DNA from: Microcoleus sp.
GTDB taxonomy: Bacteria; Cyanobacteriota; Cyanobacteriia; Cyanobacteriales; Microcoleaceae
DNA: 64,000 bases
Assembly (NCBI GenBank): GCA_042408215.1
Contig: JAYFMW010000014.1
Coordinates: forward strand, 1 to 64,000
Direction: 5' to 3'
The notes beneath the pieces were generated by a model. That model made no database searches. It was not told the origin of the DNA and saw only the letters and a program-made list of their open reading frames with translations. Shown here in pieces: positions 32,290 to 43,300 of this stretch. The position numbers and the translations under genes were made by a program. How positions within the stretch are numbered: position 1 is the first letter of the stretch; the number at the start of each line of letters is the position of its first letter.

Positions 32290-32475
32290 AATGATATCCC
32301 AAACTAAAATCGCTCAATAGTTAAGTACAATCTTGTTTGATTATAGCCTAAGAAATTAGGAGACTGCACGGTGCCTTAGTCCCTACAATCTTATTTTGGA
32401 GTAGGGACGCGGCAATGCCGTGTCCTCTATCCTGACGGTGCAACCGGAATTGATATCATTCACCATCCACCGCCC

Positions 32476-33522
32476 CTACATAAGCCGATCGCGCTGCCGA
32501 TCGAGCTTAACTAAAAATGCACCGGAAACATCGGCCAGAATACTGATAATCCGATACAAAGCCACCGCACTCAGAATTATACCCGTAGAAAATCGATCGT
32601 CCAGGAGGGCGATCGCCGTTGCTTCAAATACTCCCATTCCCCCCGGTGCTCCCGGTACAACTAAACCCACGACAAATGCAAAACAAAAAGCACCAAACAA
32701 GTTGGGAATTTGGCTAAAAGGGACGGTGGTTAAAGCCATCACAGTTAGCACAAAACCGCTGCCCCGCAATCCGATAAAACACATTTGTCCAATTAACGGC
32801 ACTAAAGGATAACGTTTAATTGGTAAATTTATTTTCCGTTTAGACTTGACAGTCGATGTTATTTTTGTTAGATTGGAGGTAGACTCTGTACTAAATTGAA
32901 ATCTATCGATCGCAGTATCGCCAGTATTTAAATTTTTCCCATCCTTCTTCTCTAACTTCAACTTCTCTACAAATAGGACGATCGGATTTAAAGTTTGCGG
33001 ACGAATCATCATCAAAATAGCAGTAAAACCGAAAATCCGCAACAACAAATTTATTTTCCCAAAACTGATCGACCCAATCAGCAAACCTGCTCCGGCCATC
33101 AGTAGCGGTTCCAGCAAGACGCTGAGAGTCGCAACTTTCGGCGAAATGCCGGCCTTTTTTGCGTCTAAGATTCTACCCCAAAAATGCCAAATATTCCCCG
33201 GTAAATACTTGGCAATATTAGTTTTGAGAAAAACTTGAATCGCCCAAGCCGCATTTACACGTTGGCGAAATTCCCGCAAAATCAACATCCACACCCAGCC
33301 GGCAAAAATTAAAGACAATAAAGTGACGCCTTGGGCGATCGCCAATAAAGGAAAACTTTCGGCGGCAATTCGGATATTCGCGACTTCTCGCCAGTGAGTT
33401 ACAAAGGCTTGGGCAATAAATAAAAACGTCCCGCCCAAAATACAATAGCGCAAATAAGGCTGGAGACGCGATTTCGCAAGCTTGAATAAATTCTGAATTC
33501 GAGGTAAATGTTGGTTTCCCAT
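32476..33522 (-). CDS. Lysylphosphatidylglycerol synthase-like (UPF0104) membrane protein
   Basis: AKYLPGNIW and PGAPGGMGVFEA; multi-TM. Confidence 0.8.
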   Translation of the reverse strand: MGNQHLPRIQNLFKLAKSRLQPYLRYCILGGTFLFIAQAFVTHWREVANIRIAAESFPLLAIAQGVTLLSLIFAGWVWMLILREFRQRVNAAWAIQVFLKTNIAKYLPGNIWHFWGRILDAKKAGISPKVATLSVLLEPLLMAGAGLLIGSISFGKINLLLRIFGFTAILMMIRPQTLNPIVLFVEKLKLEKKDGKNLNTGDTAIDRFQFSTESTSNLTKITSTVKSKRKINLPIKRYPLVPLIGQMCFIGLRGSGFVLTVMALTTVPFSQIPNLFGAFCFAFVVGLVVPGAPGGMGVFEATAIALLDDRFSTGIILSAVALYRIISILADVSGAFLVKLDRQRDRLM

Positions 33523-33555
33523 TTTCCGATACCGATTTTGAATTTGGGATGAAGT

Positions 33556-33712
33556 AATTGGGAATTGGGATGAAGTAATTGGGAATTGGGAATTGGGAAT
33601 TGGGCCTGGTTATTTGTTATTTGTTATTTGTTATTTGTTATTTGTTATTTGTTACTTCATAATTGATCCTTCTTCCTTCTTCCTTCTTGCTTCTTCCTTC
33701 TTCCTTCTTCCT
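33556..33712. repeat. Mixed STRR tracts (AATTGGG, TTATTTG, TTCTTCC)
   Basis: Directly visible. Confidence 0.8.
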
Positions 33713-33928
33713 TCAAGATCCGGCTATAATTGGTTTTTCAGTTATTATAGATCCGCAGGGCGGGTTTTGTACCAAGATGGCGCTAAGGAGATCTTGTACG
33801 GCGCGCTAAACCCGCCCCTACTTCTGATAAATTGTTTGTTACACGCACCTATTTATCGCTTTCTTAACCACAATCTCATCTTGAAAATCTCAAATTTAAG
33901 TCAATTACCTCGCTAGGAGTATGTTTCT

Positions 33929-35984
33929 ATGGCTGGCCCGAGTCCTGACGGTCGTTCCTATCTTTTAGACAATGGCCCCAACAGTTTCACTTTAACACCG
34001 GGTTTTTTAACTCCTTACCCAAACGGACTTTTTGCTCTGGGGGGCAACGATTTTATTGTCGGCGCCTCGGATGCCGATCGAATTAGCGGTGATGACGGTA
34101 ACGACAGACTCCTTGGTGGTGGCAATTCCGATACTCTGTTCGGCGGTATCGAAAATGACTTACTCAACGGCGGTATCGGTAACGATATCCTCTTCGGCGA
34201 CTCCGGTAATGATACCTTGCAGGGAGGAAAGGGAGGTGACTTACTCAACGGTGGTAAGGGTGCCGACGTTCTAATCGGCGATGGCGGCAAAGATACTTTG
34301 ACAGGAGGTTTGGGCCCCGATACATTTGTCCTCCGCACCGATTCAGCAGTCATCGATCCGGCTGCGGCTGACATTATTACTGACTTTAACAGTTTTGTGG
34401 ATGCGATCGGGCTAACTGACAATCTTACCGAAACTGACTTAATTTTCGAAGAAATCTCGATCGCCCCTGGTATTTCCAATACATTAATTAAAATTCGCCA
34501 GTCCGGTGCTATTCTAGGCTTAGTTGCCAACGCATCTCCAAAAGACCTCAGCGGTAGATTCATCTCTGCAACTGCCGTATTGGGCAACCAACTCAGCCAA
34601 GCCCGCGACCTCGGCATTCTCAACAGCACTCAAACAATTGTAGACTCGGTTAGCAACGCTATACCCGACGATATCTACCGTTTTACATTATCAGTAACTA
34701 GCGACTTCAGCTTAAATCTCAGCGGTTTGAGTACCGATGTTGGTGTTGCTGTGATTAAAGATATTAACGGCGATAATTCTATTGACTTCACCGATATTAT
34801 TGCTTCTTCTCAAGAGTCTAGTTTATCGCCAAAATCCATCGAAATCAACGCTTTGACACCTGGAACTTACTACGTCCGGGTTTCTCAGTACCAAGGCAGT
34901 ACAAATTTTACCCTAAATTTGTCGGCAATTCCCACAACAGTTGCCGCTAATAATGTTAGCAACTTAGACGGTTTTGATTCTCGTTTTGGCTATGGTTTGG
35001 TGAATGCGGCTGCGGCAGTTGCTAAAGCTGAGGGTGCTGCAACTTTTCCTGACGTTCCCGACTTGGGCGGCGACGAGTGGGGCCAAGATTTAGTTAAAGC
35101 TCCAGAAGTTTGGGCCCAGGGGTTGACTGGAGACGGAATTGTGATTGCAGTTATTGACAGCGGGGTTGACTATAACCACCCTGATTTGACCGGGAATATT
35201 TGGAGTAATAGCGGGGAAAACGGCGTTGACGCGCAGGGTCGAAATAAAGCTAACAACGGCCTTGATGATGATGGGAATGGCTTTGTTGACGATTTCCACG
35301 GATGGGATTTTGTCAACAATGATAATGACCCGATGGATGACAATAATCACGGCACTCATATATCGGGTTTAGTAGCGGCGAAAAGGGATGGCGTGGGGAT
35401 TACTGGTGTGGCTCCCACTGCCAAGATTATGGCTTTGAAAATACTCGATCGAGGAGGATTAGGAAAAATTCGGGATGAAATTAATGCGATTAATTATGCA
35501 GTTGCGAATGGGGCGAATATAGTTAATGTGAGTTTGGGTGGCTTACAGTTGAACAACGACGAATTGAATGCTATTCGAGCGGCTGAAGCTAAGGGCGTAA
35601 TTGTGATTTCCGCTGGGGGAAATGATGCTCGCCCCCAGGTAGATTATCCGGCTCGGTTTGCTGCGGAGGTAGGAATTGCTGTCGGTTCGATTCAGCGGAA
35701 CAACCAGTTTTCAAGTTTTTCTAACCTGGCTGGAACTGAAGTCATCGATTATTTTATTGCGCCCTGGAGGTGACGGTGGCAGGGCGGATTCTGGGGATAT
35801 CTATTCAACTGTACCCCTGTCCGTACCGGGTGTTCCTTATCGGTATTTCGCGGGTACTTCGATGGCTGTGCCGCAAATCGCTGGCGTGATAGCTTTGATG
35901 TTGCATGCTAATCGGAATCTGACTCCGGCCCAAATTAAGAGGATTCTTGCAGAAACTGCCAATCGATCGGACATCATAGTTTGA
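33929..35984 (+). CDS. S8 subtilase with RTX Ca-binding repeats and PPC domain (frameshift near 35763)
   Basis: GGxGxDxL repeats, IDSG and HGTH; GTSMA lies in the shifted frame. Confidence 0.88.
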
Positions 35985-36238
35985 ATTAATTGGTAATGGG
36001 TAATTGGTAATAGGCTTGACTGTTACCAAATTTTGTAGGGGCGGGTTTTACAAACAATATATAACGATTATCAACAATCTATATAAACCCGCCCTCGCAC
36101 CACAAACAATCTACATCAACCTTGATTTGTATCGAATGCGAAAAATGTACAAGGGGTTTACCGTGGGATGGGGGCGGGTTTTAGAGATGGTAGGTTTACC
36201 CTCAATATTTCTCGTGAAACCCGCCCCTACAAGTTCCC

Positions 36239-36718
36239 TTAAAAGTTGGCGGCGTAAGTTAATTCAAATTGGCGACACAGGGTGATGCAGCAATAGTTGG
36301 GTCGATCGAATACTAAGTTGTAATTCATCTCCCCGTCTATTTTGGTTATGGGTTGCTTTAATGGAATGCCGTGTATGTTATATTGGCGGCGTTCTAAGGC
36401 ACTCCAGTCGATAATTTTGATATCGATTTGGTTCTGCAACTCAGCAACTAACAAACACAATTCCATCTTGTCTTGGACTTGCCCAGTCAGCGGGAATTTC
36501 ATCAAAACTAACTGCGTGACGAGGGGTTTTTGTTCGTTGGGAAGCTTGTAGGTGTGGCAATGTCCGAGTTCTAGATCGTAAGGTTCTAGCTTGAATTTTT
36601 CTCCGGTGGCGATCGCAGATGAGTGCAAGTCTTTGAGGCACTTCTCTAGGTGAGGGATCAACCCCAAGTCTGGATCGCACAGCAGTTTGCGAATATTGGA
36701 GGTTTCGGTGACTGTCAT
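36239..36718 (-). CDS. Hypothetical protein
   Basis: 159-aa ORF filling the intergenic gap; no motif recognised. Confidence 0.6.
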   Translation of the reverse strand: MTVTETSNIRKLLCDPDLGLIPHLEKCLKDLHSSAIATGEKFKLEPYDLELGHCHTYKLPNEQKPLVTQLVLMKFPLTGQVQDKMELCLLVAELQNQIDIKIIDWSALERRQYNIHGIPLKQPITKIDGEMNYNLVFDRPNYCCITLCRQFELTYAANF

Positions 36719-36788
36719 TTGAGATTTTTTATGTTATTTTTTGGATTCTTACTTCTAGTTTACCGCTAAAAGTACCTCGGTCTAAAAT

Positions 36789-38465
36789 CTATTTTTTGGT
36801 GAGTTTCCAGAGATTCAGCTCGACGGTACCGATAACGGAGTCTATTTTATAATTTTGCTGCTGGATTCCCGATCGCAAAGCTGAGGATGGTTTGTATAAA
36901 AACACTTCACTAAAACCGTTAGGAATTCTAGGTATTTTTGGTTTGGCAAGTGCCAAGTCGCGATTTTTGTAGCAAGAAGTGTAGCAGCGGGGTTCGATTA
37001 GTAGTTTGACTTTTGGTTCGAGGCGATAACTTAAAGGCATGATATATGCTATATTGGCATCGCTCACTATTAGGGGCTTGCTGGCTTGATTGACAGCGCT
37101 AGCTACTTCTAATTCTGCGCGCAGCCAACCGCTGCCTTTGTTCCACCAAATATCGGCTTGGGAACTAATTACACCAGATACTATGCCAAGCGAAAATAGT
37201 GCAACTATAAATATTTTCCACATCTTTTTATGGGTAAAATTAGCGAAATTGCTGCTAATTTTTACCGACAGCAGGTAAGCAACTGCTAGCTGAATTCCCA
37301 CATAACAAGGAACTAGATATCGCGGATTTGTCGATCGCCTTCCACCTTTCATTATATCAGGTACTGCTAAAAACAAAGCAGTTGTTGCAATTGTTAACAA
37401 TATCAATAACCAAACCCGTTTTGGTGTATGTTGGCACAGGAAATAAATTGCCGATCCAACTAAAGCTAGGATGATGATACTCAGGGGAATTAGTAAGGCT
37501 AATTGTGTTGCAGATGCAGTTCCATCAATGCCAAAATCAAAAAATGCGATGCTGACGGCACCCACCCACCTGGTAACTAATCTCAAGAGATTTGTCTGTT
37601 GGGCCCATACTGTTGTGCTTCTAATTTGATTGAAGTTTTCTACAACATTTACTAGAGAAGGCATGAAGGCAATTAAGGCTAGTAAAGCTGCTACATAATA
37701 GGCAATAAATGTTTTAACATCGCGCCAGTTGGCAATGATTGCGACGTAGATTGCATGGGCGGCGGCGACGCAGACAAATAACAAGTGGGTGTAAAATCCG
37801 AGGGTTGTCATGATTGCGTAAATTGTCCAGTGATAAACCAGCCAAATTGGGTTTTGATTTGCGTCGGTAGCGCGCATTGATCGCAGCAAGGCGGCCGTTG
37901 ATAAAATAGTAGTGACAGTCCACAAACTGTACTGTCTTGCTTCTTGGGAAAACAGAATATGGTAGGGAGAAATTGCGAAAATTGCGATCGCCATCCACGC
38001 AACATTGGCAGATTCAAATAACTCCCAAGCTAGCCAATAAATGCTGGGAAATACTAGCAAGCTAATCACAGCGGCTAAACTTCTCATTGCTGTTACAGAA
38101 CTGCCGAACCACTGGGCCCAATATCGCGCTAGTATGTAATACAGTGGCGGGTGCTGGGGGTCTTCTGTTGCTAAAGAATTCAGGGTATCAGTTAAAGTTT
38201 TTTCGGAATTGATCTGCTGATATTTTTGTAAATCCGAGGGCGAGGTTATTTGCTGGTAAGAAATTTGTTTGAGCATTTCGGCTTCGGTGTAGCCAGAAAC
38301 TCTCAGGGAAGTATAGGTTTCATCAATCCAGTAAAATTTGCGATCGAGATTTGCGAAACGAAAAAATATACCGATTATTAATACAACTACAATTAAAAAT
38401 CGCAGCCACTTGTCAAGTGGAGGATTCTGAGAATTTAGTCCATCGCAATTTTTCGGAAATTCCAT
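36789..38465 (-). CDS. GT39/PMT-like membrane glycosyltransferase
   Basis: YWIDE, HPPLYY and SQEARQYSL; multi-TM. Confidence 0.88.
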   Translation of the reverse strand: MEFPKNCDGLNSQNPPLDKWLRFLIVVVLIIGIFFRFANLDRKFYWIDETYTSLRVSGYTEAEMLKQISYQQITSPSDLQKYQQINSEKTLTDTLNSLATEDPQHPPLYYILARYWAQWFGSSVTAMRSLAAVISLLVFPSIYWLAWELFESANVAWMAIAIFAISPYHILFSQEARQYSLWTVTTILSTAALLRSMRATDANQNPIWLVYHWTIYAIMTTLGFYTHLLFVCVAAAHAIYVAIIANWRDVKTFIAYYVAALLALIAFMPSLVNVVENFNQIRSTTVWAQQTNLLRLVTRWVGAVSIAFFDFGIDGTASATQLALLIPLSIIILALVGSAIYFLCQHTPKRVWLLILLTIATTALFLAVPDIMKGGRRSTNPRYLVPCYVGIQLAVAYLLSVKISSNFANFTHKKMWKIFIVALFSLGIVSGVISSQADIWWNKGSGWLRAELEVASAVNQASKPLIVSDANIAYIMPLSYRLEPKVKLLIEPRCYTSCYKNRDLALAKPKIPRIPNGFSEVFLYKPSSALRSGIQQQNYKIDSVIGTVELNLWKLTKK

Positions 38466-38501
38466 TTTAAACAAACTCACCTGCGGTGGCTATATAAAAC
38501 A

Positions 38502-40116
38502 TCATTTATTGACTATTTTCCCTAGAATCATTTCGTCATTGTCAGCATAGATTGTTTGTATTTTATATCGATTACTTTTAGCAATTTGTGTCTTTAATTC
38601 TGGGGAAATACTGTACAAAAATATCTCGTTAAAATTTACCGGAATTTCCACATTTTTAGGTGACATTAGTAATAATTTAGTTTTGGGATATATTTGGTGA
38701 CTCATACCAAGTAAATTGCCTATCTTATCTACATTATACACCGAAAAGTCTGTTATGATTAATGGCTTAGAAGCTGAGTTGACTGTGCGGGCGATCGAAA
38801 CGTTAATAAAAGATCGGTCTTTGTTCCACCAATGATCTGCTGACACATAGAGGCAGCAGGACGCAATTCCCATTGATATCAGAACAACTAGAGCTACTCT
38901 CCACAGCTTTTGTAATTGGGTTGTCACTTGAACTTTAGTAAAAAGATAAGCAACAGATATCTGTATTCCTAAATAACAGGGAATCATGTAACGAGCGTTG
39001 ACAGATCGAATCCCTCCCTTAATTAAGTCCGCTGGTAAGAAAATTCCTAATATCACGCACGTCAATGTCACAACAAACAACCAAACTCGCATTTCGGCTT
39101 GACTTACCAGCAAATAAAAAGAATACCCGACCGTGATTAAAATCATTAAAATAACTGGCAGACTAGATATCAAATACGGTCGTGGCAAATCCCAGTAAAA
39201 TCCCACGTCAACAAATTGATTGCTAATGTTCAACACCCAATTTTTCATCAATTCTGACAACAGGCCTTCTCAGGGACAGCCACGATGTTTTATCACCGGC
39301 ATTGTTCGAGTTTTTTAGGAAAACTATAATCCAAGGAGACAGAGCAATCAATCCTGCTATTGATGCTAGCAAATAGCCAATTACAGTCTTGTTAAAACGG
39401 TATTTTTCGACAATTAATACATAGATTCCATGTCCTATGGCAACCATTCCAAATAAGAGGTGAGCATAAAATCCCACTGCTAGTGTTACAGCATAAATTG
39501 CCCAACTACTATTAGTTTTTAGGCGCATTCCTCGTAGCAAGACCGCGCTTGACAGTAAAATTATCATTACAAACAAACTGTAAGGTCGAGCTTCCTGAGC
39601 GTAAACTATCTGAAAAGGCGATACAGCTAGTATGGCAACTGCTAACCAAGCTGTCAGCGATGACTCAAATAATTCTAAGCACAGCCAATACATACAAGGT
39701 AATGCCAGCACGCTAAAAACCGCCGATAAACTTCTAGTTACTGCTATTGAATCTCCAAACAGTTGCACCCAAAATCTCGCTGCTACAAAATACAAGGGAG
39801 CAAGTTGAGGTTCTTCTAATGCCAATCCTTTTACGGTGTCAAAAACGCTTTTTTCTGCATTGATATGCTGATACTTTTGTAAACTTTTTATTCCCCGGAT
39901 TTTACCGTCACCAAGCTCTTGAATAAATTCAGATTCTGTATAGCCGGAAATCCGCAGAGAAGTGTAACTTTCGTCTATCCAGTAAACTTTATTTTCGAGA
40001 TTTGCGAACCTAAAAAATATACCCATGACTAATAGAACTACAATTAAAAATCGCAGCCACTTGTCAAGTGGAGGATTCTGAGAATTTAGTCGATCGCCAT
40101 TTTTTGTAAATTCCAT
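38502..40116 (-). CDS. GT39/PMT-like paralogue (frameshift near 39260)
   Basis: YWIDE and AQEARPYSL; split between 39223..40116 and 38502..39260. Confidence 0.82.
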
Positions 40117-40238
40117 TTAAAGTAAACTCACCTACAACAACAGCATAGCATATCCCCGACTTCTTTAAGAACCAGGATAGCATATACCCGACTTCTTTGA
40201 GAAGTCGGGTATACAATCTTAATCAACCAAATTTGAGA

Positions 40239-43214
40239 TTAATCATCCACTCCTTCAATCGGAGCAAAACCTTGCCGCTGGATATTTTCGGTTATGGTGC
40301 GGGGTTCAAGGAATTGTAGCAAATAATCCGGGCCGCCGGCTTTGGAACCAACTCCCGAAAGTTTGAATCCTCCGAAAGGTTGACGCGATACCACTGCGCC
40401 TGTAATTCCGCGATTTATGTACAGGTTTCCGACTTCAAAATCGGAGGCGGCGCGATCGATATGGGAAGGTGTGCGAGAATACAATCCGCCAGTTAAAGCA
40501 AAATTGGTGCCGTTAGCAATCGCAATCGCTTCATTAAAATTATTTGCCCGAATCACCGACAAAACTGGGCCAAAAATTTCTTCTTGAGCAAGAGTTGCTG
40601 TTGGCGATACTTCCGTGACAATGACTGGGCCGACAAAATAGCCGGTTTCCGGTGCCGACATTTCTAAAGCTATTGTAGCTTCGGCGCGGCCTTTTTCGAT
40701 GTATTCACGGATGCGCGATTGGGCGGTGATATCGATGACTGGGCCGACTTGAGTACCGGGATTTTCCGCTGAACCAACATTGAGCGATCGCGTGGCTTCT
40801 ACCAACCTTTCCACAAAATTATCATACACCGATTCGACCACAATTACTCGCGAACAAGCGGAACATTTTTGGCCACTATATCCAAATGCCGAATAAACAA
40901 CGCCCGCTACAGCTTGGTCTAAATCTGCACTTTCATCGACAATAATTGCATTCTTGCCGCCCATTTCTGCAATTACTCGTTTCAGGTGTTTTTGTCCTGG
41001 CTGCAAAATAGCAGCATCGGCGTAAATGCGGCAACCAACCTCTTGAGAACCGGTGAAAGTAATCATGTGAACATCGGGATGTTTCACCATGTAAGCACCC
41101 ACCGTTGAACCTTTGCACGGGACGTATTGAAATACGCCTTTGGGGATGCCTGCTTCTAGCAAGATCTCGGTGATTTTAGCGGCAATTACTGAGGAAAATT
41201 CCGCAGGTTTGAGTAAAGTACAATTCCCTGCAACTAGGGATGCAACGGTCATTCCCACAGGAATTGCTAGGGGAAAATTCCAAGGTGAAATAATCAAAGA
41301 AATGCCGCGCGGCTGATAGCTATAGCGGTTGTTTTCTCCAGCAATGTCGTAATTTTGCCCTTGTTCTAACCGTTCCATTTCGTCGGCGTAGTAGCGACAA
41401 AAATCAATGGCTTCGGAAACTTCGGCATCGCATTCTCTGACTGGTTTCCCGACTTCAAATACCATCCAAGCTGACAGTTCGTGCCGTCTTTTTTCCATCA
41501 ATTCTGCGGCTTTGCGTAAAACGCCGGCGCGTTGTCTGACGGGGGTTTTCCGCCAACCGAGAGAGGCTTCTTTGGCTGCTTGCAGGGCTTTCTGGGCTTG
41601 TGATTCTGAAAGCAATCCGATTTTGCCAACTATTTCTGTGGGGTTGGAAGGGTTGAGGGAATTGACTGTGGTTTCAGTGTTTTGATATTCGCCATTAATT
41701 AGGGGTAAATAGGTTTGTCCTAGGATTCCCCGCACTGATTTGATGGCTGTTTCTGCTTGTTTTCGGAGTTCGGTATTGGCGTAGTCTGTATCTGCTACAT
41801 TGGGAAATACTTTGGTGTAAACTAGCTGGTCATTTCCACTAGCAACTGGTGCGGCTAACAATTGTTCGATCGGCATTTCTTCGGAACTTTGCCGAATGAA
41901 GGAACTATTGGCGGTATTTTCCAACAAACGGCGGATTAAATAGGCCATTCCTGGGAGTAAATCGCCGTAGGGACAATAGACTCGGACGCGATAACCGCGA
42001 TCGACTAAAAGCTTAGCCAATTTGTCGCCCATGCCGTACAATACTTGCATTTCAAAGCGGCGGCGTGGTATATTGAGAGTTTCGGCAATGGCGATCGCCC
42101 TGGCTTGCGATCGCACATTATGACTGCCAATCGCTGCATACAAATATTCATGATTTTCCAGCAGCAACTGAGTCATCTCCTCAAAGTTGGCATCCGTAGC
42201 AACTTTGTCATTGTAGACAGGCTGCGGCCAATCTTTCTGCATAGCTTTGATTGTTTCCTGATCCCAGTAAGCGCCTTTTACCAACCGCACTGTTACGGGA
42301 TTTCCGCGTTTTTTCGCCCAAGCAACTAAGCCTTGCAAATCTTGTTTGCTATCGCGCAAATAGGCTTGTAATGTGATACCGATATCTGTGCGTCCGCGAA
42401 ACTCATCCTCTAACAATAAGTCTTTGAGAATGCTGAGAGTTAAACCTTTATAAACATACTGTTCCATGTCGAAATGGACAGCAGCGCCCAACTCTTGAGC
42501 GCGACGTAGTAACAGGCGAATGCGATCGCTGACTTTGGCCTCACTACCTTTAGCATCCAGCGGGTCAAACTGAGAATAAAACGCGGTTAACTTGACAGAT
42601 ACTTGTACTCGTGGTAAGGTTTCACCATCAGCTTTATCGATCGCATCTACCTGGGACCAATTTTTGGCGGCGATGCTCAATTCCTGCATCAATTCCAAAT
42701 AGCGATCGAGATACTTTTGCGCCTCAGTTTCAGTAATTACAGCTTCCCCCAAAAGGTCAACTGTAAAACCCATTTTATCCTTGCGAAGTCGCTCTAAAGT
42801 TTTAACTACCTGCTTGATATTTTCCCCAGAAATATACTTGTGCGCCAAAGTTTCCACCGCCGGCGCAACTGTTGTCGCCGCCAATTGTCCAGGAATCGAA
42901 TCAGCGTTAGTAAAATTGAGCAATTTTTTCAAAGCTTCCGGCAATTCTACCTCTTCCGCAGTCAGGTATTCTTGCAGGTGGCGGGCAATTTCCGGCTTGC
43001 TGCGAAGGGCGGGCAAACAGTCAATAAATCGAAACAATTGTACCCGCAATCCGGGGCTAGCCATTGCCCAGTCTAGCAGTTTGTCGTCCCAGCGCATTTG
43101 GTCTTGCAGTTGACCGAGAAAGGAGCGTTTTTTGTCTTGAGTTGCCTTCAGGATTTCTTTCGCAATTTCCTGAGTTTTTGCTTCGTAGATGCTTGGAGAT
43201 ACTTGTGCGATCAT
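40239..43214 (-). CDS. putA: Bifunctional proline dehydrogenase/P5C dehydrogenase
   Basis: RLVKGAYWD, YLIRRLLEN, EMGGKN, GQKCSAC and EEIFGP. Confidence 0.97.
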   Translation of the reverse strand: MIAQVSPSIYEAKTQEIAKEILKATQDKKRSFLGQLQDQMRWDDKLLDWAMASPGLRVQLFRFIDCLPALRSKPEIARHLQEYLTAEEVELPEALKKLLNFTNADSIPGQLAATTVAPAVETLAHKYISGENIKQVVKTLERLRKDKMGFTVDLLGEAVITETEAQKYLDRYLELMQELSIAAKNWSQVDAIDKADGETLPRVQVSVKLTAFYSQFDPLDAKGSEAKVSDRIRLLLRRAQELGAAVHFDMEQYVYKGLTLSILKDLLLEDEFRGRTDIGITLQAYLRDSKQDLQGLVAWAKKRGNPVTVRLVKGAYWDQETIKAMQKDWPQPVYNDKVATDANFEEMTQLLLENHEYLYAAIGSHNVRSQARAIAIAETLNIPRRRFEMQVLYGMGDKLAKLLVDRGYRVRVYCPYGDLLPGMAYLIRRLLENTANSSFIRQSSEEMPIEQLLAAPVASGNDQLVYTKVFPNVADTDYANTELRKQAETAIKSVRGILGQTYLPLINGEYQNTETTVNSLNPSNPTEIVGKIGLLSESQAQKALQAAKEASLGWRKTPVRQRAGVLRKAAELMEKRRHELSAWMVFEVGKPVRECDAEVSEAIDFCRYYADEMERLEQGQNYDIAGENNRYSYQPRGISLIISPWNFPLAIPVGMTVASLVAGNCTLLKPAEFSSVIAAKITEILLEAGIPKGVFQYVPCKGSTVGAYMVKHPDVHMITFTGSQEVGCRIYADAAILQPGQKHLKRVIAEMGGKNAIIVDESADLDQAVAGVVYSAFGYSGQKCSACSRVIVVESVYDNFVERLVEATRSLNVGSAENPGTQVGPVIDITAQSRIREYIEKGRAEATIALEMSAPETGYFVGPVIVTEVSPTATLAQEEIFGPVLSVIRANNFNEAIAIANGTNFALTGGLYSRTPSHIDRAASDFEVGNLYINRGITGAVVSRQPFGGFKLSGVGSKAGGPDYLLQFLEPRTITENIQRQGFAPIEGVDD

Positions 43215-43300
43215 TGGTAATTAGTTATGGGTAATTGGTAATTGGCAATCAAGGAGAGTTTAGGTATCTTGTAACTACCAGACTTCTACAATTATACTTG

